A stretch of DNA of 64,000 nt from Lingula anatina (Eukaryota > Animalia > Brachiopoda), in NCBI GenBank assembly GCA_051362555.1, contig CM120641.1, forward strand, positions 3,100,001 through 3,164,000, written 5' to 3'. This document shows, one piece after another, positions 1 to 11,900 of the stretch. Under the pieces are notes generated by a model that made no database searches, was not told the DNA's origin, and worked only from the letters and a program-made list of their open reading frames with translations. How positions within the stretch are numbered: position 1 is the first letter of the stretch; each line of letters starts with the position of its first letter. The position numbers and the translations under genes are program-made.

Positions 1-68
1 AAACTTATTCTGCGCATCAGGCGCCTTGGTTTTCCTTTGCCGACAGCATATTGGTCACCGGTTGCCAT
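1..68 (-). CDS. ASPG: ASPG-like asparaginase copy A, 5' part of exon 1 (gene continues off the left edge)
   Basis: ATG at 68; reads [22 protein letters not shown], near-identical to exon 1 of copies B (18246) and C (36564). Confidence 0.75.
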   Translation of the reverse strand, partial: MATGDQYAVGKGKPRRLMRRIS

Positions 69-534
69 TTTTTAAAGCTAAAAATAGAATTTTAAAATTG
101 GGCCAATTAAATTTGGCATTTCCCAAAATATAGCACTGTTCATTTAAATGCTGATCAAAATAAAAACAACAGATCGCTGCTCAGCACTGGCACTTTTCCA
201 AATAACATATTCGACGAAAGTTAAGAGAAATCTTCAGTGCGTTTGACCCTAAGAGTAGGCTGAATGCGTTTGAGTTGTAAAGAACGGACAATGCAATTTC
301 GCACCAAGTAACAGGGTTACGTGGGCACCTATTTCACGGCACGTATCTCACCTACTTTTCTTATAGTCAACAAACTAATCTGTAAATATTATGTAAGTTT
401 TCAAGGTCACGCACAACCCTTTAAATGAAGCACAGTGTACCCATGGATAATACCCATGGAACACGGACTTTCGCCGCGTTTTCAATATTTTTGGATTTTT
501 TAATGTCCAAAACATACAACGTTTACTTAAATAT

Positions 535-1651
535 TGTAGCAGTTTTTTTTATTCCCTCCAAAGATGATCGAGGGAAGAACCGTTCAGGTGGATACACCGA
601 TGCCCGTTGTTTTGCGGTCCTGACACCAGCGTTAAACAAGTAACAAGAAACAAGTTTTTTAAAGTTCACAAACATGTAATTCAAACTCCAACTGTAAACC
701 GTAACAATAAAGCGAAAGAATAATGCAACATCTCTGAAGTCAGTTTGAAAGTCAGTTCCTCATAATGTCCACACAGAGAGCCACGTTACACACGATCAAT
801 TTCACACTAAAGTCTTAAAGCTCAACTGCAATGTTCTCCCTTTAAAAATATAAAGTCAACACGATTACTTAGTCCACTTAGAATGTACGTACACAGTTCC
901 TCTCCTTCACTACGGATCCGGTTCACTGTACTTATGGGAAAGTAACGGGCTCGGGTATCTGAAACTCGGCCCTCAGGAAAGCGGGATTGCGACGGTCAAC
1001 ACATAAGTTCGCATCACATACTAGTAACTAGCTTGCTGTACTTCTAGAGGTAGCGGGCACGGTATCTTAAACTCGGCCCTCAGGGAAAAGCTAGATCCCC
1101 ACGGTTTCGGCTCGGCTGTCTCGGCTGGAGGCTCGGCTGATCGACTGGCTCGGCTGGTCACTCTGTGGTTGGCTGGATGCACGGTTGGGCGGCTGTCTCG
1201 GCTGGAAAGCAAAGTCTCTCTATTGCAGTGATAGCACACCTCGGTTAAAGCCTCATCGGCGTATTACCATTAGGAAGGTCAGATCACACCGCTCAAGCGA
1301 AAACGGGAAAAATTCAACCTCGCTGTTTGTTTTCCATCATAACTTCCAAGATATGGCTGCTTTGATAAATATGGAAATATATTTAAAAAGTGCACTGAAT
1401 GGGCTTTCTAACAATATATGTGTAACGATGTATCAATTATCTGTTGTAAGCCTCCATCCACGAAACTGCTGTGAGAAATCGCCAGTGATTTCACTTCCTC
1501 CTTTGGTTCCCAGTATTTACGAATTTTGCTCAACCTGCGTGTTTCGCGCCATTTTTCCAAAAGCTCCTTACGGCGTCTCGGATGTTATTTATTCGTATTT
1601 GGCCACATATTCATGCAGAGAATGAACCAAGCCTTCTTCTGAGGGGTAACA
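535..1651 (-). mobile_element. Probable LTR-like or other repeat element upstream of ASPG, containing a CTCGGCTG minisatellite (copies at ~18713-19815 and ~37033-38208)
   Basis: TGTAAC...GCTACA ends on the minus strand (clearest in copies B and C); 40-bp direct repeats at ~942 and ~1049; variable-length CTCGGCTG array; no TSD found. Confidence 0.35.
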
Positions 1652-1659
1652 GAAGGTGA

Positions 1660-2783
1660 TTTAACCGAAAACAGCAACCACAACTCTCGGTTCAAATAAG
1701 TTTTCAAATAACTTATCATTTTTTGGTAAGACAGAGTCGTAACAGCCATTAGAAAATCAGTGACTTTGATCTTACCGCAAAATGGCGGACGCACTAAGCT
1801 GTTCTGCTGATGAAAAAGCAACTGCACTTTCAGCACCCAAAGAGGATGAAGATATAAGAATATCTAATCAGAAAATCTTTGAATTGTTCACGAAACCCAA
1901 GGATATTAATAAAACGTCTGCAATCGAAGAATATAGAATTTTACGTACGATATTGATGGGCCTAATACTTTTTTTCACCTTTGAACTCGTTAGTGATCAT
2001 AAACAGGGGGGTCTTAATTAAAATCACGGAGATATGCAATAACTCTAGAATGGTGAATGACAGTCAAACAAAAGTGAACAAAAGTAGTATTTATTAAATT
2101 TTTCTTAACTAAAATAAAAAAAAAGGGAAATTCCTAAAACTGCCATTATGTTATGGCAGTCTCCCCAAAAAATCTCGCTGGTTTTTGTATTACCTAGCTG
2201 CCATGATGTCCAATATCAATTTAAATTTTTTGGCAAAATGATAACTTACCAAAGTCGGATATTACTTATTTTCATTGTGCATTCTGGCATTTTTTTTACT
2301 AGTTAAACCTTTAAATTGTATATGCAATTACCATTATAATATTGGTTGCCACGGCAACAGTGGGATGGTGTTTGTTTACTATTTAACTTTTAAGTTTAAC
2401 TTTTAAAAATTCATAAATTGAGTACCAAGAGTGTTTCCCACTTTATATTCAATTAAAAATTCATGATAATGCGTAAAAAATAATTCAAACTGTTACCATA
2501 GCAACAGCTATCATTATGACGATTTCCACAGCAACAGATACATTAGAAGCCATTACTGTTGTTTTTAGTGATGGCACATTTTTGAGAATCATTTTCAACC
2601 AAAAGTAGCCTTTGGGCAGTGATGCTGAAGCCTTAAGGTTGAAAAATAAAAAAAAAATAGTATTGATTGCTATTGATATTTAGCAACGGTTGAAATAACG
2701 GATAAATGACAGAAAATTATATCTTGTCAGATTCTTTTGGGCATAGTGTAACTTTCCAGAAAATTTCAAATGGATATTTAACT
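1660..2783. mobile_element. Probable non-autonomous DNA element rich in GTTGCCATGGCAAC-like palindromes (copies at ~19825-20945 and ~38217-39350)
   Basis: Repeated GTTGCCACGGCAAC / GTTACCATAGCAAC / TAGCAAC motifs and AAAATGGCGG; ends poorly defined. Confidence 0.35.
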
Positions 2784-3148
2784 CTCATCCGATCATTCGG
2801 GATTATATGAGAATTGCATGCGCATGCGTAGAGCTCAATTTGCATTCGCGTGTTTGAGCAAGTTGGAAAGCGCTCTTTTACGCTGTCGTTTTTCCCCAAG
2901 TTTTCACCAGTTCGGTGAATGTATGGTGAACTTTTTCGACTGGTTTTGTGTGATTCAGTCTGGATTCCGTAATGACTGATAAAAGTTCACAAGCAGCAGA
3001 TGTTGTTGGAAACATTCTGTCTGAAATGCTGCAGCAGCAGGATGCACAACATTTAGAGCAGCATGGCCATGGGTCGACTGCTAACATAAATTCGGGGTCT
3101 GGGAATGACCAGCCTGATCGTAAAAGAAAGCACACTATTCAAATGTTA

Positions 3149-3310
3149 GGGGAGGCCGGAGCTAGTTGGCCCAGCAAGACACTTTTGGCCTTGTAGTGCC
3201 AACTACTGGTAGGTTTCAAAGTAAGCCCCATGAACTAAGCTACGTATGCAACGTCATTACTTTTTTCAGGGTTGGGGCAAGCTGGCACCCTAAACGAAAA
3301 TGAAATAAGT
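3149..3310 (+). mobile_element. Truncated left end of the GGGGAGACCGGGGCTAG element, at the array junction (also ~21398-21560)
   Basis: Matches 39365-39640 with internal deletions; homology stops after GAAAATGAAATAAGTA. Confidence 0.8.
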
Positions 3311-6106
3311 AATTTTCCTGTAGTTGTCACATGCTGTAGATGTTTTGTGCTTATTCGTCCATTGGAAACAATGAAAACTATTGTATGTAGTCGCCTTGTG
3401 GATTTCTATTGGAAGTGAGATGACTTGTCTGGCCGTTTTAACTTTAGGAAGGATCACTGGCACTGTCAACTCGGAAAGGAGGCTGCTTCCTGGACTTTTT
3501 TGCATTATCCCTCTTGCCTACCTGCGCAGCTGCTGCTTTCTAGTTGGTTTTGCTGATTCCTTCTTTTGTGTAAAGATACCACTTTCCTCTGATGCGACAT
3601 GTTCCCATACATTGATGTTTCTCTGGAAACCGGATTTTAATATACTGTCTGTCTGTTCCTCATAGGACACTGGCCAAAGCTCAATTCTTACTGGCTGTTG
3701 TCACATTGGCCTACCAGAGCTGATCACGCATGTTTCTTTTTGATGTGCTGATGGATGATTTTTCATACAAGATCTGGAGCTATTTCAAAGCAAAGTCCAT
3801 TTTCTTGTTTTTCATGGGCATTTACGCATCAACACAACTGACAAAAATTGATAGTATTATAATAAAACACATTTTTCACCCTTCAAATCTTCTGGACTAT
3901 ATTTAACATGCAAATGCAAGTCCCAGTGGATGGTCACTTAAGATAAATCTAGATGATATATTAGGGCATGTGGTTCGGGTTCGGGTTCGCTATCTTACAA
4001 ATTATATAAATTCTCCTATTCATGAAACTTCTATCGCTTTAATAGATCAAAACAACCCCCTTTCGTTTATGTAAAATCTTTTTCTAGATATTAACGCAAT
4101 AAAATTACGGTAATTCTTCGATATTTTCGATGGGGAAAAATAATTTATGAATGTATGAATCATGACTTACTCTACTGAATTAGTCATCACTACTCAGTAT
4201 GCCGCTTCTTATCATGGGTTATATTGGATTATATCTTGTAAACATTATAAATAATTTTTGAGTAACACTGGCTTTTAATTGTGCAAATTGTATAACTTTA
4301 TGGCTCTTTTACCGTGTTTACTTTTGTTTTCACCGTTAAGATTTCTTTTATCAATGATGTCAAAACACAGCAGGAGATTGCAAGGTGACCACCTCACAAG
4401 AACAAGCAACAGCTATAAACTACGAACCAGGTTAAATTTTGCTTCCTAGAAAGGCCGCTGGCAACATTCAAATCAATAAAGGCAGCTAGAACCACGAAAG
4501 ACCAGATCAAATGAGGTGCCCCCAGAGAACAGAAAAATGTGAAACAGATTTAATTTACAAAAGCACTTTTACCAACAGGATGCATATCAACAGACTGAGA
4601 GGCTCACATTTGGATAGATTGCACAAGGAAGGAATGATCAGTCCAGATATTTTCAATACATCAGGGTTTACCATGCAACAAGTGAGAAAATCTATCAAGT
4701 CTAAATGGTCAAAAACTCAAAGAGAAGTGAAATCAGACATTTGTGTTCAAAAATATTCACCAGTGGCATTTTCAACACCCCAGAAACCGAGTTACAGAAA
4801 ACAGATACTATGCAATGTTCACATGAGCAGCAATTTAAAGATGAAACATTTGAGAAAAAGTATAAATTTTAGAAAGTAATATATAATTTATTATACTTTA
4901 GGTGACAAACTAACACAAGTCAACTGTGTACTTATTTGTTTCAGGTAAACAAATGTATATAAATTAAAGCAAAATCAACATTACTTAAAATGATAAATAA
5001 TTTCTAAAAACAGTTATATATAGTGCATAAAGTGCATATACAAATATTAATAGCTTGTGACAAATAAAAATATTTAAGGAAAAACAATTTCAATACTGGA
5101 ATGAAGATGAAACAAATTATAATGTGAAAAAATGGAAAGCAAAAAAGCTTTGATAATCGGTATATTGCACACATTCAGCTTTAATGCGATTATCCCACAA
5201 AAAAGCCTTACAATTGTTTTAATGAAAGGGGAATACTAAAATCTAAGAATTAACCTTGCAAAGTATAAACAAGTTTTTTGTGACACTTTATGGAAACTAA
5301 TTTCCCTCAAGGAAATCTGTGATTCATACTTTAAACAACCTTAAGAATAAAATAAACTTTAAACCACCTTAAGAATAAAACAATATATACGTACCTCAAC
5401 AAAGTCAAATTAAATAAAAGATACTTTTTTATGCTCATACATTCACTTAAACATATAATTTGCAAAAAGATTTAAAAATGGAATTGGAGTAGTTTGAGGT
5501 ATATGTTGAATTGCACTGATAATTATCATTCTTGAGATTATTTCTCATCACATCAGTATGATACAATCATATTATGAATGTTCAGTTTTTGATCACACTT
5601 ACACAAAACAGTCTGGTATGTAAAAAGATGCTACACCGTCATTATAGAAATGATATACATGTGCTTTTCCAACTTGACAAGATGATATTAAAGGCACTCT
5701 ATACGAGTTTTACCATTCAAAATGAATTTTCCTTGAGGGGGGATTTTGTCCTATGTAAGAATCATTGCTTGGTTGCCCTGCACTTGGTTTTTATATTCCA
5801 TTTTGATTAATTGTTGTAGTTCTAAATGACCAGCCAGTCATTTAGAAGACTGTGTCTTCCCGTATATTTCAGTTTTTAAGGTCTGAATTGAGAAAAAGCA
5901 TTAGCTTTGCAGGGCCTGTAGGCATAGTAAGTATCACTATGGAAAACTCTTAAACATGCAGTGTACCTTAAACATATATCAGATAAGAAAAAAAGTCCAC
6001 TTTCATCAAATAGTCAAAACACCAAAACAGCGCATATAATTAAAATACAGTGCACAATTAGGTATTTTCATATTTCATATTATATTCATACAGGACAATA
6101 AATAAG

Positions 6107-6295
6107 TTAAGTGTCAGTGGAAGTGCTTGTGCTAACAATTGGCTTCACAGCGTCAAGGATCAGCTTGGAGATTTTTCTGTGTCCTTTAGTAGTTGCCTCC
6201 TTGAGAGGAGTATATCCAAACCTATCTTCTGCCGTGACACTCACCCCTTGTTATAACAAAAACTCCGCTAAATCCTGATGTCCAAGAGAAGCTGC
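6107..6295 (-). pseudogene. Relic terminal ankyrin-repeat exon of ASPG copy B
   Basis: AASLGHQDLAEFLL*QGVSVTAEDRFGYTPLKEATTKGHRKISKLIL...; ankyrin consensus, internal TAA at 6251-6253, no clean acceptor upstream. Confidence 0.8.
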
Positions 6296-6507
6296 CCCAC
6301 CCCCAAAAATTACCCAATAATTGTTTTTAAAAAATCAAATGTCATATGACAAACAGTCAAAATGGACATCAAAAGGGTTGCTGGTCTCAGTGTCCATGTT
6401 TACGAACACAGTGAAGAAAAGTATATATTAAGAGTTTTTAACAGTACGGTCTGGTTTTCCTTACAACATGTAGTGCAGTTCTTTTGTCATAGTTGTCCTG
6501 GCTTAGA

Positions 6508-6906
6508 TTAGTACCACATAAACCCACCCAATTCACCACGGAGGTTCTGGGATAACTTCTAAAAATAAAAAAACAAACAAACTCTAAATGTACCATCACA
6601 ATATAGACATTACTCAAAATATATAATATGCCGTTGTCTTCCATTGTACGTACTCCTTGCGACAACCCTTCCTGGCTAGGAATATCTTGATAAAGCCTTT
6701 TGTTCTAAATTTTTATATGTTCTACCAAATAAAGGCATTGCTTCACCTTTCAAAAAGATTCCCTGAATGCTCATCCTCACTGTACAAATACTCTCAATCA
6801 AACTGGAATAGTTGTTGCTATGACAACAGGGATGCCCCTTAAAACCCTTTCTTCCTTTAGCAGACTCACAATTAAAATTTTATAAAGTCTTTTATATCAT
6901 AAAATA

Positions 6907-6937
<31 letters not shown>

Positions 6938-7855
6938 TACATTCTCCTTACCTTCTTCTTGTCCTCAGAACTCCAATCTTCTCTTCCTATTACAAAGGCC
7001 AGCTTGGTCAGTGCTGCCTCAGGTGTCATGTCGGAGCCTGGGATCACACCTGCTACAGTCAAAGCCTGGAAATATAAAATACAAATCACAGGTCAATAAC
7101 TAACAAATCTATTACTGTATTAGGCATATATGCAAAGTAAAAAGTTATTAACTGATAAAATCTAAAACAATCGTTTTCCTTTGATTTTTGCAATAGAATT
7201 GGGTATTCTCAAAATACATAAGTAGGACATTTTACCACACTTGAAGGGATAATAACTCTTCGTGTGAGATCTATATTTCACAATAAAAACATTGTGAACC
7301 ACTCAAAGAAATATAATATCTTCTGTTTTACCACAAAAACGGCAGTTATAGTATTATTCTGATATCTAAGCTTGTCTTTAGACCATGTAACCTCCATTTA
7401 TGGCTATACTCTGTTATAATCTCTTAGGAGATTATAGCAAAAAAACTTTTTAGAAAAAAAAAACAGGGACTAACTTTGAATGTAAAAATGGATTCGTTAA
7501 CCATTGGTAAATATGGGAAAATTGTTGTTTACCCCAGGAAAATTAATTTTTTGGCCAAAATAAAGAGTTATTATCCCTTTAACTAAGCCACAAGCTGTAC
7601 GAGTGTAAAAAAAAATTAATTAATAAATAAAGCATTTTCAAGAGTATTTCTCTTGGTTATTAGCAAACCTGTCCTGTGGCATAACCTGGGCTAACAGACC
7701 CTCTGTGACACTGGGTGATGTTAAGCAGCAGCACTCCTCTTTCCCTGGCCTCTGAGAACACTTGCATTAAGTCCTCTCTGGAATCTGGAGCATTTCCAGC
7801 CCCGTAGGATTCCAGGACCATTCCCTTGAGTGGAGGTGCCAAAAACTGGCGAACC

Positions 7856-7909
<54 letters not shown>

Positions 7910-8922
7910 TTTAATTTAAACTTTATCAATAAAAATAATCAAAATTCTTATCAAAATCCGAAAATTTACTATGACACTGGACATCTTTGGGCCTATAGCA
8001 TCGATTTGGCTTTCATGAATTGGCCATACATGAATAATGACCTCCATATGTTAACATTTAGTGAATATCTTTTTTTATCGTCCATATAATTTTAAATATG
8101 AAATACAGTGGATATTCACTATTTGATTCACTTTCAGTATTTTTTTTCATGATCTTAACCCAATAGAATATTTAAACTTTCAAACCTGCCTAAAAACAAC
8201 TTATTCAACTAACCGTAGCGGTGGTGACAGTGGGGAAAAGACGGAGTATTCCCACGCTAGGACAAAGGTCAGTATACAGGGTAAATTTTTGATTGGTGTT
8301 GCTGGGAAAAATCTTATCCCTATGCACTGTGAATAAACAGTAAACATATAAAATCAAGGGAAACTTGAAATACATATATTGGACCTTATGAATCATATTA
8401 TAGGGTACAAACCTAAAATAGAAAGTCAATCTAGGACAAGAGCCAAAGTTGTTATAAACAATTTATTATAAAAAAGAAATTTGAAGAAATGCTTTTCACT
8501 CTAATACTTTGAAATGCACATTATAATAAGTTTTAAATATCATACCATGAATCTTAGTCTCTAAAACAGCAAGGGGAGGAAAGTTTGGGGAATGGAATGC
8601 ATCAAAACTGCTACTATTATATTTGGTTGAACGGTTTCCTCGAAGAAGCTTATTGTTGAATAATATCATTACCTAGAAATTAAAAAAAAAACTATAGAAT
8701 CAAGATCTGGATAAAGTATGTTCTTTGTTCACAAAGAAACTTTGGTTTTCATTCATTTCAATGTAGTAAATTGAATGCTTTAAAAGCTGCTTAATGAAAA
8801 AGATCAATATTTGCAATCTCATACTGACTTTATACCTTTTAAGTGTAAAATATACTGAATGTGAAATTTAACTTATAGGTGCTTTTTTACCAATTAAAAG
8901 ACTTTGTGCAGAATACATATCA

Positions 8923-8960
<38 letters not shown>

Positions 8961-11900
8961 GGAATGTGTTACCTCTGGAATTTTGGAATTTCCAGCCATA
9001 ATGAGAGCACCAAGAAGATTATCTCTGCCGTCACTACGAGTCTCAAAGATAGGGATCTGAATAAATAAGTAATCAGCATTTGGTAGTAAGCCACATGCTG
9101 AAAATTTTGATCCCTGCCATGCACATATTTCAAAGCATTAAAAAAATGTTAAACTTTTATTGGCAATTGATCTTGTTTAATGTAATATATATTTGTTGTT
9201 TGTGTACACTATATAAAAATGTTTGAAAATGTCCCTGCTTAATTTTCTCACACTAAAAGCATAGTTATTCAAGGATAAAAATCCAATATCTAGACTTACC
9301 AACTTATGTAGTAACTGATATTCTGCACAATTTAACCAAATGGCGGGTTTGTTTTCATCAGTAATTATACTGTTAGTATGATCTAGTATCTACAACATAT
9401 CTAGAACTTTACTGTTTCTGACATCATGAGTACAGCCTTTCATGTAAGGTGATGATATCTATGAAGTGTACATTATTTGAGCCCACGTGTGGGGAAGTCA
9501 ATTCTATCATGTTCTAATGTGAGTTCACACATATCATCTTTAAATATTTTTAATGCCTTAATAATGAGAACAAAACTTACCTGTGAGCCAGTAAGAATGA
9601 TAGGTTTTCCCAGATTCTCAAACATGAAAGACAAAGCTGATGCAGTGTAGGCCATAGTATCTGTCCCATGAAGTATAACAAACCCATCAAAATCCTCATA
9701 GTAATTCTGAATGAAAAAAAATATCATGCTAACTTTACAGAAAAAAATGTATTAAAAATGTCACTTTTTCTAACACTGAAAGGACTCAAAAAGAAGCAGG
9801 TGCACTGGACTCTGAGAATTACCTTAATGTCTGAGGCAATCCTAGCCCAGTCATCCATGTTCATATTGCAAGAATCCAGCAGGGGCTCATACTCATACAC
9901 ACAGTATATCACATATGCCTTTTCCTTGCTTAAACTGAAAAATAGATTATACAGATCATTTATTTTGCTTTATGTTTTGTTTATATAGTGTGTATAATGC
10001 CTTAATTGATACTCTTCATAACTATGATCTATTTTCGCAAAACGTGTTAAAAGATAGATTGTCTCTTTTTTAACTTTGAAAAGTGAATACTGTCATGGAG
10101 TCAAATTGAATGTTTTTTTTTTATAATTCTTGATTAAATGCTTGATTCCAATTTAAACCTTGGAAATAAAACAGATGGGTCACATAAATGAGCCACTCTA
10201 TTTTCTTTAAATGTTTTAAATGTAACCTGACCGGGGCACGTCATAATTACTGCTGAATTGGATTACTCACGGCATACACAATGGTGACTTCATCCCCTCC
10301 TGGTCATGGGATATTGATAATTTCCGTAACTCATTCACAAGAAAGTTTGGTTCTGGGGTACTGTGTTTAACTACGTACTCCTGGTCATGGAATATTGATA
10401 ATTTCCTTAACTCATTCACAAGAAAGTTTGGTTCTGGGGTATAAACTATAAACAAAATATAATACCATATCAATTAAGTTATTTACTAATGCTAAATTAC
10501 ATACAAAATGAGCCATTAATATAATCAAATGCAAGGATGAGGTGTGATTATGACATAAACGCAGACTTTACGAAAGGCGTCGGACCGTCGGACATGCCTG
10601 ACAAATTTCGTCTAGGTCTAATAAAAAATCCTGTATGGTCGGTCCTTATATCCGGCGAGCTTTCAAGCTGACTCGGAATGTGTAAATCTAAGGAATACAT
10701 TGTTGTTTCTTTTCTTGACGATATATTTTACTCCCTTCAAAAATCCCGGGGAGTTCCCAGCTAATTATTAATACATAATTTACTGACCTCAGTTTCACTT
10801 ACAAATACTATTTTATGACTGGCTGAGGTTGGGGGATTCCTGTATGACGTAACTGATAGTTTCGTTTTCGTTTTCGTGTTTAATATCCTTACATGACAAA
10901 ATGACCGCAACACATGTGCTCCTGCTTTTTGCGTTTTTTAAGGACTTGATGCCCTGTTTCTTCATTATCAGTTGTTATCAGTATTGTACTCATGGTTAAA
11001 GTCTTTTGTTTAGAAAAAATGACATCGTTGAACTTGAAATATTTCGTCGGTGCATAGCGCGGCAAAAATGAAATCTAAGTGCGGAAGGGAAACGGGTTGA
11101 CCGGAACTGTAGTAAAATTGGGTTTAAAGGTAGGCTCTGGCTAACTTATAATCCAGGACAGAGGAAATAATTGTGCACACAGTGTCAGGAGTACTAATGA
11201 AAGTCAACATTATGATCATGATTATAACAGTGAGTGCAATGGTGATTTCAGCTTAATTATTAGCCCAGAAAATAAACGCTTTCTTACAATCTGTCACAAA
11301 TGACTTTGTGCCACTTGAACCGAAACACGTAGAAACAGCAAACCCTGTACCAGCCACATATATCATCACAAAAGAAGATGTCGAAAAAGCCTTGCTCCAA
11401 GTAAACGTGCACAAGTCTACAGGTCCCGACGAAATCCCCAACTGGATCCTACATGACCTAGCAGGGTACCTAGTCGCCCCAGTATGTACCGGTGTGGCAT
11501 CAATTGTTCGGAGCGTGAACCATCCGTTTTGCTCATGCGCACAAAGCGCAGGCAAATCTGAGAGACTTCCGGCGTGTACGGTCCGTCTCTAGTGTAGTGC
11601 CAAATGCAGGGTAGAACCGGTCGGATAGCTCAGGCGGTAGAGCACTCGCCCTGTTAGCGAGTTTGGTCCCTGGTCTGTCAGGTGATTTTTCTACACACTC
11701 CCAAAAAGGCGCTACACTATATAGACTTTAATAAATATACCGGGTACACTGTTGAGAACATACTGCATATTCAAACATAATCTTTAGAAATATTAATATC
11801 TTACAGTTGTTCACCTCCACTACGATTTCTCTCAGGTGGCCATATCAACACACTAGCCAGTAAAATCAATACAATAATACATGTAGTAGGCCAACAGCTG

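Noticed and set aside
1240-1265. Hammerhead ribozyme (CCGATGAG on the minus strand)
   Set aside because: Lacks the CTGATGA...GAAA core.
425-2021. Short ORFs repeated in each unit (72-146 aa)
   Set aside because: Conserved only because of recent duplication; frames break in the third unit and no motifs are recognisable.
7826-8089. Poly-Asn ORF
   Set aside because: Translation of the intronic (AAT)n microsatellite.
11620-11700. Functional tRNA gene
   Set aside because: No B-box/T-arm or acceptor stem, and it lies inside a transposon.
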